Below, piece after piece: positions 52,048 to 64,000 of a stretch of 64,000 nucleotides of DNA; the stretch's first letter is position 1, and each line of letters opens with the position of its first letter. The notes below the pieces were generated by a model that ran no database searches, was not told the DNA's origin, and saw nothing but the letters and a program-made list of their open reading frames with translations. A program made the position numbers and the translations under genes. The stretch lies in NCBI GenBank assembly GCA_010093815.1, contig ML996567.1; one strand, given 5' to 3'. Origin of the DNA: Pseudovirgaria hyperparasitica (lineage: Eukaryota).

Positions 52048-55000
52048 CTACAGCAAGCGTTTCTCGGACTTCTCCTCATAATGCTGGATTACATCGCCAA
52101 CGAAGAAGTCTTCGAAATTTTCGAAAGAGACACCACATTCAGTCCCCTTTGAAATCTCCTGGACATCTTTTTTGTGGCTCTTCAGCGAGGAAATGGTACC
52201 TGCGAAGGTTAACTTGATTTCGATTCAGACTGATAGTTGCGATGAGTGACTTACCGTCGTAGATGATTTCCTGGTTGCGCAGAACTCTGACTTTGCCATC
52301 TTTCTTCAGTGTACCCGTACGAACCCTCGAACCAGCGATCAGTATGAACTTTCGACCCCTGATATTGAAGTTGAAAGTCTGCAAAATTTCCGCCTCGCCC
52401 GTCACGCGCTGTGTCACCTTCGGTGCGAGCTTCTCACTAACGATGCTCTTCACGTCGTCGACTAGCCGGTAGATAATATTGTGATTCAGTATCCGCACTT
52501 TGTTTGCGTCAGCAAGAGCGGCGATGTGACCGGGTGTTTGGGTGTTGAAATTGATGATAGACCCGCCAGCAGTTGCAGCGTGTTCGATGTCGAACTCTGA
52601 TACCGCACCAACACCAGTCCTGAGTACTTGCGCTTGGACTTCACCATTTCCAATGGCCGAAACCGAATTAAGAATCGCTTCAGCAGAGCCGGATACATCA
52701 GCTTTGATAATAAACGGTACGTTGGTTGGACCAGTTGATATTTCTTCTGTTTTAGCATCCTCCGGCTCACCGTCTGGATACTCTTCAGCTCGTCGAGTGG
52801 CTTCTTCGTCAGTCGCTTTTTTAGCCGCTTCGGCTCGCCGAGCTTCATTGATGGCTTCCATATCTACAGCGAGTTTGATACGCTCAGCCTTCTCGATACG
52901 GTAATCAACTACACTGGTGGCCTTGTGTTCATCTGAAGCTTGAATCACCTCATCTCCAGCTTCGGGTTGCTCGCGCCAACCACCGACTTCAACAGGGGTA
53001 CCTGGCCCTGCCGATTCAACAACGATACCAGCATCTGTCTTCAGTGATCGCACCCTTGCCCATGTTTGACCCGCAACCAAGACGTCGCCGATGCGAAGAG
53101 TACCTTGGCGTACGAGAACAGTAGCAACCTTTCCAGAGGTCTTCGTTGCGGCTTCGATCACCCATCCCTCGACCTGCCTTTGAGGATCCGCACGATGATC
53201 GAGCATTTCCGACAAAGTGACAATTGCCTCTTCGAGATCCTCCATCCCTTGACCGGTCTTGCCGCTGACATGGATGGCTTGAACATCACCACCGAAGTCC
53301 TCGACTTCCACTCCATTCGCCATGAGATCTCGCTTGACCACTTCGGGGGCGGCTCCTTGCTTGTCCATCTTATTGATCGCAACGATCATAGGCACACCTG
53401 CACCCTGCGCATGATTGATAGCTTCGATGGTCTGCGGCTTCACACTATCATCTGCCGCAACAACAAGGACAACAATATCAGTCACATTGGCACCACGTTG
53501 GCGCATATCTAAAAATGCAGCATGTCCAGGCGTATCCAAGAAAGTGATGGTTTTCCCCGAGGGCAATGGCACGCTAAAAGCACCGATATGTTGAGTGATC
53601 CCTCCGAATTCGCTCTTTACTACCGCCGACTTTCTCAGATAGTCCAATAGTGTTGTCTTGCCGTGATCAACGTGTCCCATGATTGTGACTATCGGGGGTC
53701 GTGCTGGGAGATGTGCCTTGTCTTCGGGTTCAGGCAAAGCTTGCAAATCTCTAGCAAACTCATCCTCAACGAGTGGTTGAAAGTTGTATTCCATTGCAAT
53801 GAGTGACGCGTCTTCCGACGTGAGGATATGGTAATTCTGAACATCTTCGAACCCAAGCTCTTCCATTTTGGTGACGAGGCGATCCACATGAACCCGAAGT
53901 GCTGTAGCAAGATTGACAACACTGATGTACTCTGGCAGACTGATCGGTTTCGGTGCTTCCTTCTTGGTCATTTTCTTTTCTTGCCTCGACCTCCGTCTTT
54001 CCTCGCGTAGAGCTCGTGCCTCATCCTCTGCTTCTTGCTCATGCTCTATTTGGGTCCTTCTACCCTTGCGTCTCGTGTTCCTAGAATCTCTTGCCCAAGT
54101 ATCTCCTTCCATGAAAGCGCCGGCAGCCTCCAGACGTCGTCGTTCTCGTCGTTGTCGATAACTCTCCACTGCTCCTGTGGGTTCATTTTCTTCAACAATT
54201 CTACCATCCTCTTTGCTTCTATGCGTTGTGGTAGCGGCACCGCTAGTTGAAAACGGACTGAACGTTACGAATTCTGAGTTAGACTTCTTTGGCGTCAGAC
54301 CAACTGACCCTTCCATGCTACCAGACGGTGGCTCCTTGACCAAAGAGTGGTCTTCAACAGATGTGGCGCTGCCCAATACGCTTCCTCGCTGTTCAGGGTC
54401 TCGCCGTCCCAGATCTCGTATCCGTTGTGGTAGGAATGGTGTGTATGATGGACGGAATCTCTCTGCATTTCTCATGACATCGCGGATCGGTTGTTTTTGG
54501 ATAACTCTTCTAAGCACAGGAGGTCTTGATTCCGCGCTCTCAAGTAGCTTGGAAATATCTTCTGGACTCGGTTTCTTCCGCAGACCTTGCCAGTTAACAG
54601 GGACAGGCTCTTTTACTGGCTCGTCCAACGACAGAAGGCGTCCTCGCTCTTCACGTATGATAGGCATTGGGGCCCTTGATTGTATACGAGGAGCATGATG
54701 TGTGTTATTGGGTTGTACTCTGAATCTAGGCAGCTCACGATAAGGGCGCCCAGTATAGCTCGTCTGTTGTTGGTCAGAGCGTGCATTCAGATCTTCTTGA
54801 TTGGTATTGCGCGTCTTGGTCAGAGCAGGATGTATAGCAGGTTGTTGGCGTGTGGCAAGAGGTGACTTTCGCTCCTCTGAAGACAATGCAAAACCACCAA
54901 AACATCGTGCTTGGTGCTGCATCATAGCAGACTGAGCTCTAGTGCGCTGTAGCTGTCGTGATCTACATTTCAACTGCCACTTCGCCATATCCACGTTGTG

Positions 55001-55182
55001 TGAAGCGCCATTATTGGGAGTTGTGGAAGATGTGATGGGTCTGCGCTGCTCTGAAATGACGATGCGGCGATGCTCGCAGAAGACGCAAATATTGCGAGCT
55101 GAGCCCTGGTGAGGTTAGCAGTGGGTCATACACTCAGGCCATTGGAGATTTCACTCACTCTGAGGAGTGCATTCTTCTGCAT
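52048..55182 (-). CDS. IFM1: Mitochondrial translation initiation factor IF-2, 3 exons
   Basis: [57 protein letters not shown] and last exon KGTECGVSF. Presequence-like N-terminus from ATG 55182. Confidence 0.93.
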
Positions 55183-55838
55183 CGTCACAAAGGCCGATCG
55201 CTCAGCGCGGAGTCGCACACGCGATGAGTGCGAGTGTTCGAGGTTCCACTCATCCATCCAGATTGACTGCGACCAAAATTAGCGTGTCTTGCGGAACTCG
55301 GTAGTCTGCCTCAGGCTGTAACATATATTACTGACCATCGGGATTGTAAGTTTGCGATCTCGACAAAGTCACGGATATGTACTTATCTGAACAGAGGATA
55401 CTCGCCAAGTGTAAGCCTCTCCGACACTAATCCGTCAGAATTAGAGCCGGGCTATGACTATGAAGCAATACATTCTACGATGGTCACAGCAGCTCGCGTG
55501 ACCAGACCATTTTGAGATTGTTTTCTTTGACTTAATAATTAAAATCAGCGTTTTTGTAGTTGAATTATCTATGTCTTTATACATCTCAAGCGCGCTCGGA
55601 TCGTAGTTCGCAGTAATTGTGTCCTGCAGTATGGTGTTAAGGTGCAATCTGGTTTGCCGAAATCCATGGATAGAGGGATGCAGCTAGCTGTGGACCCCAG
55701 AAATGTCTATTGAATAGGTGTTCACGTCCCCACTGTTGCTCTAGTAGAGATTCAACTTACACAACACCAATTACTCGACCACTGCAGAATGTACGGGAAC
55801 TTCGTCGAACGAACCAACTAAAGCATCAATAGCTAACA

Positions 55839-56880
55839 ATGTCGACCGCGCCATCCTTAGACCAGTCAGAGACATCACCAAACCATTCACGAAACTCTAC
55901 CTCTTCGTACTTTACGTATCCCGTTACATATGCAGTTTCGAGCGTACTAAGGCGACTTTCTACCGATCCAGGACCTACCCAAGTGAATATAGATCGCAGT
56001 AGCAGCTTGAAAGATATGGGTAGTGTTTTTAGTCCTCCTAGACGGCATGCATCGCCATTTCAACCTCCACCTCTTACGCCTTTAACACTTCAAGGGTACA
56101 AGTCCGGGACGGCAGACTCCGCCAAACTACTCTCGAAGTCGCTCGCTGAAGAGATACGCCTCTTAATGCCACCGAGGCTTCAATTACAGGAGAACTGGTC
56201 ACTCGCCTACAGCCTCGAGCAGGATGGCGTGAGCCTAGCGACACTTTATAAAAATTGCGATCAATACCGTGGTAGAAGAGGAGGGTACGTGCTCGTCATA
56301 CGAGATGGCGAAGGAGGCGTGAGTTCATGAGATATCATTAGCGATCTGGGCTGATTGTACATATGACAGGCTTTTGGCGCCTACTTGAGTGATCCACCAC
56401 ACCCTGCTCCTCATTACTTCGGCAATGGTGAATGCTTTCTGTGGAGGGCACATACTTTACCATCTATCCCAACGCTAGCGAATCTACCACCTCCACCTAG
56501 CGCAGACACGACCAATGCACAGCGGATGACTACACTGGCACGTCTCAACCCTCCTACATCTGGTCGAAGCGGCACAAGTACGCCTGAGCGAATACGTTTC
56601 AAGGCATTTCCCTATAGCGGTATCAATGATTATATGATATTCTGTGAGCAAGATTACTTAAGCGTTGGAGGCGGGTAAGTTATACATCTAGTGATGCTAT
56701 CCATATCTGAACTTAGGGCGGCTTACAAGCTATGTCAGTGATGGTCATTACGGGCTTTGGTTGAACGACAACTTGGAGCAAGGAATTTCAGATTCGTGCC
56801 CTACATTTGGCAATGAGCGATTGAGCGACGAAGGTTCAAAATTTGACGTGCTAGGTGTCGAGCTATGGTTTATTGGCTAG
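55839..56880 (+). CDS. OXR1: Oxidation resistance protein 1 (TLDc domain), 3 exons
   Basis: [78 protein letters not shown]. Confidence 0.93.
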
Positions 56881-57099
56881 GGGATCTGGAGTACCTGTGA
56901 TACATTTTTGCGGCATTCTCGGCGTTCGAACATCAATGGTACCATACCATTGCCGGTGGCGTTCAAGCGAGATTCTAGTCTGCTAGAATTGTAGCAGTAC
57001 CATTTTGGGGGTCACATGTCTTCTCTCCATGTGACATGTAGAGCCGTCCGGTGTAGAAGGATTTGAGCAGATGAAAGGGCTCAAGCCAATGATCAGAAT

Positions 57100-58023
57100 A
57101 TGCAAGGCCCGACAGCTGCTCTGATAGGTAGGTCAGAAAGATTCAAGAGACATTATATCTTTACCTTCCCCTCCGTGCCATTGCGGATCTGCCATGCATC
57201 TGAGAATTCTCAAGAATGCCCCTGGGGAGAAGGCTGCCTACACGACATTCTGTCCTCTGAGCTCGACATTACAAGAATAGCTGAAAAAATAGCTTCAGAT
57301 CACTTACGATTGGCGACCATTCATCAATTACTTGGAACTCCCGGAATGGGAGATGCAACCCAAGGCCAATTAGTCGTCGTCAGCGAGTTCACGCCACTAG
57401 CCTTAAATTCGAGTATTTTGACTGACAAAACATGTTGTAGATTTCATGACGCTGAACTCCTCCGGGTCTTCTCTTCACGTTATCAACAGGTGGGGAGCTG
57501 ACGTCAATGTATCCTTGTCACTTGCATGAAGACTCTATAGCTCGTTGATAGTCGCATTGAATCTTACTATGATAAGAACATAAAGACTTATTGAAGTCCT
57601 ATTACTGCCCTGTTCACATCCTTGTGCATTCAGCCGATGCAATCAACCTGTAAGTGACTCGCTCGACCTTTATAGTTCATGGGTCGAATGAATTGCACCC
57701 TATAGATCCTGGCTACACACTAAGCTATTCATGCGTATTGTTCTTCCGCCCACTGATATTTTCTGTTATAGGTGTTTATTGATTTGGCAAAGTCGTTTCA
57801 TGAGCCTGGTAGTGGTCCACAAATCGTGGAACGCTGGTACACCAAATTCGCCATCAGCTCTCCTCAAATTAAGAATCCAACTTTCACGGACAGTGCATTG
57901 CATGAAGAGCACTTAAAGGGAGCGCTTGCAGGGGTAGAAATTACTCGATAGACACTATCGGGCAACGGTGCTGTCCGGAGGCCAATCTAGACTTCCCTCC
58001 TGTTATCATCCGTCAGGTCCTGA
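57100..58023 (+). pseudogene. Possible decayed multi-exon gene of unknown family
   Basis: Protein-like segments bounded by splice signals (acceptors after ACTGAC at ~57440 and after ACTGAT at ~57771, donor GTAAGT at ~57650) and interrupted by TGA/TAG stops. Confidence 0.3.
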
Positions 58024-59433
58024 TATGCAGAATTCTGTCACAAGGTCTCTACTCCCAGACATTAAGTACTTTGCCGAGCTTGTTAGTGCAGCTTGCGCGT
58101 TACAAATATACAGGGTCGCTTTGTGAGATGGCAGTCTTCAACTGGAGGCACAATGATATACTACTCACACGTCCTGCTCAGAGACTCCTTCAGATTCTGT
58201 GTGCAGATTAACTATATTTCGTTACCTACATCGTTCAATCTCTGGCTACCGTGACTTAATAAGCTTCTTCAAGATCTACTACTGCTGTCGCTATGCAGAC
58301 TGATACCTACAGCGTGTTTGGGGTGGGACATTACTACCAGCATATACCGTGCCAGTGGGTGTCAATGAAGTAACATCACCGCTCGATCACTAGTGCCGCA
58401 TGGCACAACGATAGAGAAATACCCTTTGGAGATGATTAGGTCCCTAAATACAAAGGAAACATTGTTCTCACGCGGGGAAGATCCTTGATATAATGCGATT
58501 GGCACAGTTGACAAGGCGTCTTGAACTCAATGACACCTAGTAGTCTGCAGGTTGATATCAGAAACACAACAAGATAAGTCAACGATACCCGATAATGTGG
58601 CACGACCGTATCCGAAAGTCTGATCCTGACAATGAAACAGGCGCGCATATCATAGAGTTGGTATCAAAACGTCTATAATTTGAAACGGGTTATCATCGAT
58701 CACACATCATTTTTTATACTTAAAAAGGCTTCCAAACTAGGAAATCGCTCTCATAATCATATGAGCACAGAAAACCCAGTTTCTTAACGCAATCAGATGT
58801 TCTAGCGAGCTAATGCGTACTGGATTCTGGCTTCTCCAGAGCCTAACAATATATCCACATGGGTAATTAGACTAAAAGAAAAGCTTCTCACCTCACAACG
58901 GGTCATCATACTAGTATACAACGACTAGTATACTCAAGCCTCAATAGTTCTTAAGACCGACTTATGAGTAGGTGCGCGAAAACGCCATGTCCTCAGAATA
59001 CATGTCATTCCGTCGATGAGTTGACGGCAGTGTCAAGTCAAGGCTTCTCAAACCATGAATCGCTTGGATCAACTGAATACTGCCGGTGAAAAAGCACTTA
59101 TAATACAGAATGGTCACCTAGAATTATAACTTATAGCTAAATTTACGTACCATTAATTCAAAGAAATGCTCTTATAGGCGTCCGGGAGCAGGAAATAGTG
59201 GAGTACTAGCGCAAGAGAGGGGCCCAGATGCAATCCAGATATATGAAACGTTAGGTTATCGTTCTACCATTGTAACGGCGCCAAATGTAGCCTATGTGAA
59301 AGGTAAGATGCCAAACAGATCTAGAATGCATTAAGAGAGAATAGAGACCCCACCTTTTACCCTCTAACATATCTAAAACTACCACGCGGGTAGATGAAAA
59401 TGATCTTCTAATCTTACAGACGGAGGAGAGTCG

Positions 59434-60707
59434 CTAAGTCTCCTCCGAGTTACCGAAAAGCTCATTCTTGTGCCCGATGAGGGTCTCCAAATCGATAGCA
59501 TGGCGCCACTGGCGCGCAACCAAGTCGGACCCAGGATTAACCCAGTCACTCCTATCTTCCGAAGATTCTACACCTGGGTCGGAGAAGATCCCCGGGATGC
59601 TAACCCGACGGCGCACGGAAGGGGTGGCTGCCTCTTTCTGGCGCTTGGCCAGAGCCGGTGAGGACGGTGAAATATCATCACGGACGTGACGAAGATCGCA
59701 TGGTCCACCAACGAGCGCGAGGAACCCAGCCTTGTAAGCAGGGTTGGCTGCGTAAAGCCCTCCTGGCTGTGCCCCCTCAGATGCAGCTGCGCTCCCAGCA
59801 TCCCAAGCCTTGATGATCTCCTTGAGATCGTCAATGATCAACTCCCGGTCGAGCCGGTGGTGTCTACCCCTTTTGTCTGCCAGAGAGTGTCGCCAGGCGA
59901 CCTAGTAGCGAAAAGCTGCGGCGGCAACCCCAGCCTCACCACGCAACTTCTTCGCAAGAAGTTTCATAGTCCGAAGAAAGTGATTGGAGTAGTCCTGTGG
60001 GGCAAGGGGGACACCTCCAATGTCTCCAGCCTTTGCCTTTTCGTAGCCACCAGGCAGCTCTTCACATGGTAAGAGCTCGTTCGGTATGAAATTTTCAAGG
60101 CCTTCAGGCCAGGCAGCATCTATAAGTTGAGTATCGCCATGCGGGCTCGCTGCTGCCTGGGTGGACAATCATCGAATGTCTTCTTAATTTCATTGGGTTG
60201 CCGCTGGCGGTGGTCGTGCTTAGGTCTCCTGGGACTTGAGTGTTTGTGTCGTTGGGAGGGACTTGTGCGGCATATGTACCTTCGTATGATCGGGCGGTGA
60301 CGGTATTAGCCTTCCTTGGAGAAGGGGGTCGTAGTGCCTGGTGCTTGTCAGGGCATATTTTGTCTAACAGAAGAGGGAAAACCTTACAATTGATGGTACA
60401 GATGTGGGCTCGAGAGTCCAGTCACTCTCGTAGGACTGATTGGTGTTGTAAAAAGAGCTGTTTCTCTTCCAAGCTTGTTCAAAGTTGGCGTCGTTGAAGG
60501 CACACGGGCCAATGGAATAAGTATCCTATCGGATGATAAATAAGTTAGTTGAAGCTTGAGGAATGAAACTGAGTGGGGGCTATTACTGACCGAGTCTATG
60601 AGCTGTACACCACTGCTCTGGCCTGCATGATAGGTAGTGACTCCACGAATATCGGTGCGATTTCCGGAGGTGAGAGGCTCATTCGTGGTATACGAAGACA
60701 TTTTCAA
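59434..60707 (-). pseudogene. Decayed gene of unknown function
   Basis: ORFs 59902..60168 and 59434..59841 share a frame and are separated only by one TAG at 59902-59904. Upstream ORF 60384..60707 continues through TAA/TGA/TAA stops in another frame. Confidence 0.5.
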
Positions 60708-61449
60708 GCTTGGCGATGATTCTGGTGGCTAATGGATCGACCTGGCTTAATAAGAGGAGAGGTAGAATAGCAGTTGGTGAGAAATGAGTATAAGTTTCAG
60801 CGCTGAGAGTGCGACGTTGCTGCCCTATTCAGGAAGTTAATGTAGTCGAAGAAAAGATGTCGAAGATCTGAGCTTGGAAGATGATAAAAGAACTCACAGC
60901 GTTGATGTGATGCAGAGAGTATCAATAGGTAAGCGTTACGATTGAGCACAGTAACGGCGAGATGAATAGAGAGATAGTTGAAGTTTCTTGGCCGACTAAC
61001 CAATCAGGGCGTGTCAGGAGATAGTATGCCGGTGAAAGGGCTAAACGGTACTCTGGAGAAGTTACAAGGTGTTCCTTCGAGTGATATAGTAGCAAAGGTG
61101 GTCGAATGATAGAGCTTGTGTTGACCGTGGGTCCCCTTCGGTCAAGGTAGATTGAGCAAGACATAAACCCCATGATGTAGCAAGTCAATTCAACAGTATA
61201 TATTGCTAAAATACAACACGGTTCATTGCATCACGGGCTCTATTACAGGCCTACAAGCAGGTATTCGTGATCTATCAGTATGGGTATTAAGCAAGGTGGC
61301 AGGGACAATGAGTCTCACTAGCATGTAATCAATGGAGCATATAATCAGTATAATATGCCTCACAGCTTCATTCAGCGTCCCATCATAATAATCTAAGTGG
61401 ATCAAAATTACCGTTACACTGTTTGGACTGTCGAAGGTAAATAAGAAAA

Positions 61450-64000
61450 AATGGTGAAGGTTAGCTCCACTTACGCAGATTCTGACGCATCAAACTTCGC
61501 AAAAGCACCAACACAATGAGCACACTCATCGGCAATCGCACCGAGATCAAAATGACAAGAGAGCAGATGGCTGCGGGAATATGTGTACTGTGCCCATATC
61601 ATGATTTGCGACGCGTCTGCTCAGCTTGACGCTCTATTATCCCCTAATTTCAACCCACGTACGGCACATCGGATTCTTGCAATCGTGACGACAACAAGAC
61701 GAGATGAAAGCACAAGTGCTGAGGAATAATATGAAATTGAATAGAGGCCAACGTATTTCAGGGTGAAGCGAACAGGTGAGAAAGAACTCTGCAAAACCTG
61801 CAAGGTCTGACAAGACTTAACGAGGCGGCATACGCAGAAGCACCTTGACAATGCCTCGCAGTGCACCTACTAGACTCATAGACCTCTACTCTTTTCTTCG
61901 TCACTCCTACATTCCAATCCCTTGAATAACCTTCCACTAGACCTCATTGACCGCAGTTAGCAAGATCCGGACTGATTAGGCTATGTGCCGGACCGGCCTA
62001 TGGTCAAGAAAGACCCAATATCAGGACACACACAAAGACTAGGAAGAGAATGACAAAATGGAAGACAACAGTAAAGAATAAAGCTCAAGTGTAGGGTGAC
62101 TGAAGAGGAAAGGGAGCAAGTGGGAAGAAAAGTATGGCACTGGGCGCCCGATCGAGACCACACAATATTCGACATTCCAGGAACGGGATGTTGATCTGCG
62201 GCGGAGTGAGGAATTCAGATACACATTGAGTGTATGAAAGGCGATTCGCACACGCGCGGAACCTCACTTCCTAGCTCCTCATATTGCTATGCGAAGAGAC
62301 CTCCCGATCTAAGACCTAGACCTCCATAGCTCCTTATTTCTACACCGGTATACAATGGGGAATTAGTATGGAGTGGGAACAGTAGGCAGAAGGTCTCATA
62401 CAGAAGCGTAGCGCAACAGCCCTTGAAGAAGACGAATCAAGAGACTTAGGAACCATCTCCACGATGATTGTGAACCTCTGGTCCACGACGCGTTGTAGTC
62501 TCACTATTGAGGGGACAAGCATAATAATACGCCTGGACAGGAGATTCAATTAGTCGCCCTGGCCCCGTCAGCTCCAGTCTTGTCTACAACTGAACGTCAA
62601 TAATAGCCAACAGTTCAACGGAAATCTGAAGGGGAAGTGCCGTAAGGTTCTATAGTCCTCAATTCATGGTGGTCGAGTCTGCCTTGCAGATAAGGTCCAA
62701 TATCTTAACATAAGGAGGAGGAACTCCGACAGAAGGAAAGACGCAGTCAAAGGGTGGATGAAGGAGCTTCGAATAAAGCGGCATTGTTGCTAATTGCTAG
62801 GTGACTATTGAGTCTATTATAGTATGACTATGACCAGGGGACTGGACAGAAGGGACGAAGGCATACTATCGATATGAAAGAGCTGAAGGAGTAAAAGCTA
62901 GCAATGAAATGGTTGAGAGAGAGTCAGCGGCTGAGATCAGGGCAAATTGCTGACAAGATAATACTTCGCGCAAGAAATATAATGGTACAAGTAAAGGCGA
63001 AGTTGAAAGAGATGGCTTGACGAGAATATCATACGGAGAGGTAGTTCTACATGAGTCGTTGTCCAGATGACTGAAACGGAAAAGTTTTATTATAACGGGT
63101 CGGTGATGCTAGAGCCGAAAAAGGGACAGTACAGTTGCCAGCGAGGGGAGTGATGAAGTGCCATAGACCTCCTTCATGGTCGGCTCCTATTATGCTCTGG
63201 CAGTAGAAGACCTTAATGACGAAACTGTGATAGAGGAAGAGGAGCAGACTTTGGCAAGGAGCTCTACGAAGGCTACGCTGCCAAGATTCGAGCCAGGACT
63301 GGGGCTGCCAAAGCTCCAAGAGAGGGATCATGAAGGGATGTTGAAAAGAAGATCTACAGATTGAAGTGGCACTGACCTGACGACGGAACTGAAAATACCC
63401 AAATCCTAAAGGCACATGGGAAATCAAGTACAATAATATTCACAGATCATGGACTTCATCTGCTCGCCGATACCACGACCAAGTCACAGAGTATCATTGA
63501 TCCAAAATTGTAAAGATGCAATATGGCATGCCAATTGCTAAGAAACCGAAGCAGCAGCGTCGTAAGATGACTGGACAGCAAGTGGACGGCGTCACTCACT
63601 CACAAGTCTGCCTTGCCATGTATAGGTAAGAAGTGTAAGATATCGGAAAAGACGGCACTCGGAAGGGACGCTGTGTTGTGGCCAGACATGTTGATACCTA
63701 TAATAGACTATCGGAAGTGGTGTAAAGCCTGTAAGTCGAAGGATGCCGAAGTACCGCTATCCATTTCCTTCAGACGAAGAGATGATCCGTGCGCACTCAC
63801 CAAATCGCTCCAGGCGCGGACACTTGTTCGGACGGACGGACGTTGACACCAACTTCACCGCGGTCCGTCCAGGTTTCAAATCGGTATTTGATTGCATTAA
63901 CCTCAGTCTAAAGACTCTCGATGCGACGATAGGCTCGGATGCAGAGCTCTCTACCGTTAATCCGTATATGATCTCGCCATTACTATGGGCAAATGTCATA
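61450..64000 (+). pseudogene. Possible large degenerate coding relic (purine-rich, Glu/Lys-rich fragments)
   Basis: The + strand is strongly GA-rich, with short protein-like fragments (63176..63364, 63613..63846) in shifting frames and many stops. No family recognised. Confidence 0.3.

Noticed and set aside
57000..64000. Identifiable transposon (LTR/LINE/DDE/Helitron/Starship captain)
   Set aside because: No RT, integrase, transposase, helicase or tyrosine-recombinase motifs and no terminal repeats were visible, so it is reported only as a degenerate region.

Overview
This is a eukaryotic, intron-containing window from a filamentous ascomycete (Pezizomycotina-type GT..CTRAC..YAG introns of about 45-60 nt). 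From 0.5 to 56.9 kb it is a dense block of about 21 mostly housekeeping genes: a 2OG-Fe(II) oxygenase, NOP56, CCT6, a MICOS Mic26-like gene, a SEL1-repeat Skt5/Chs4-like chitin synthase regulator, ASF1, an Rsa3-like gene, Ldb17/Dip1, two CRAL-TRIO proteins, POM152, a UCH37-like deubiquitinase, an FAD monooxygenase, DAM1, a Ytp1-like gene, a PP28 protein, Argonaute (DEDH tetrad intact), RNA14, GMH1/UNC-50, mitochondrial IF2 and OXR1. The 25-38 kb part is rich in microsatellites, and the last ~7 kb (57-64 kb) holds only decayed, stop-interrupted reading frames. I found no CRISPR array, tRNA/rRNA, recognisable transposase or secondary-metabolite backbone gene, and no clearly new multi-gene system. 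The best leads are isoform switches: a CaaX box split by an in-frame intron, a CSR1-like protein with a possible mitochondrial bipartite N-terminal extension, and an Argonaute with a possible alternative N-terminus inside a long intron. There is also a recurrent mid-gene C-to-G strand-skew flip. All gene names come from motif recognition by eye, not database searches, and exon boundaries were inferred manually.
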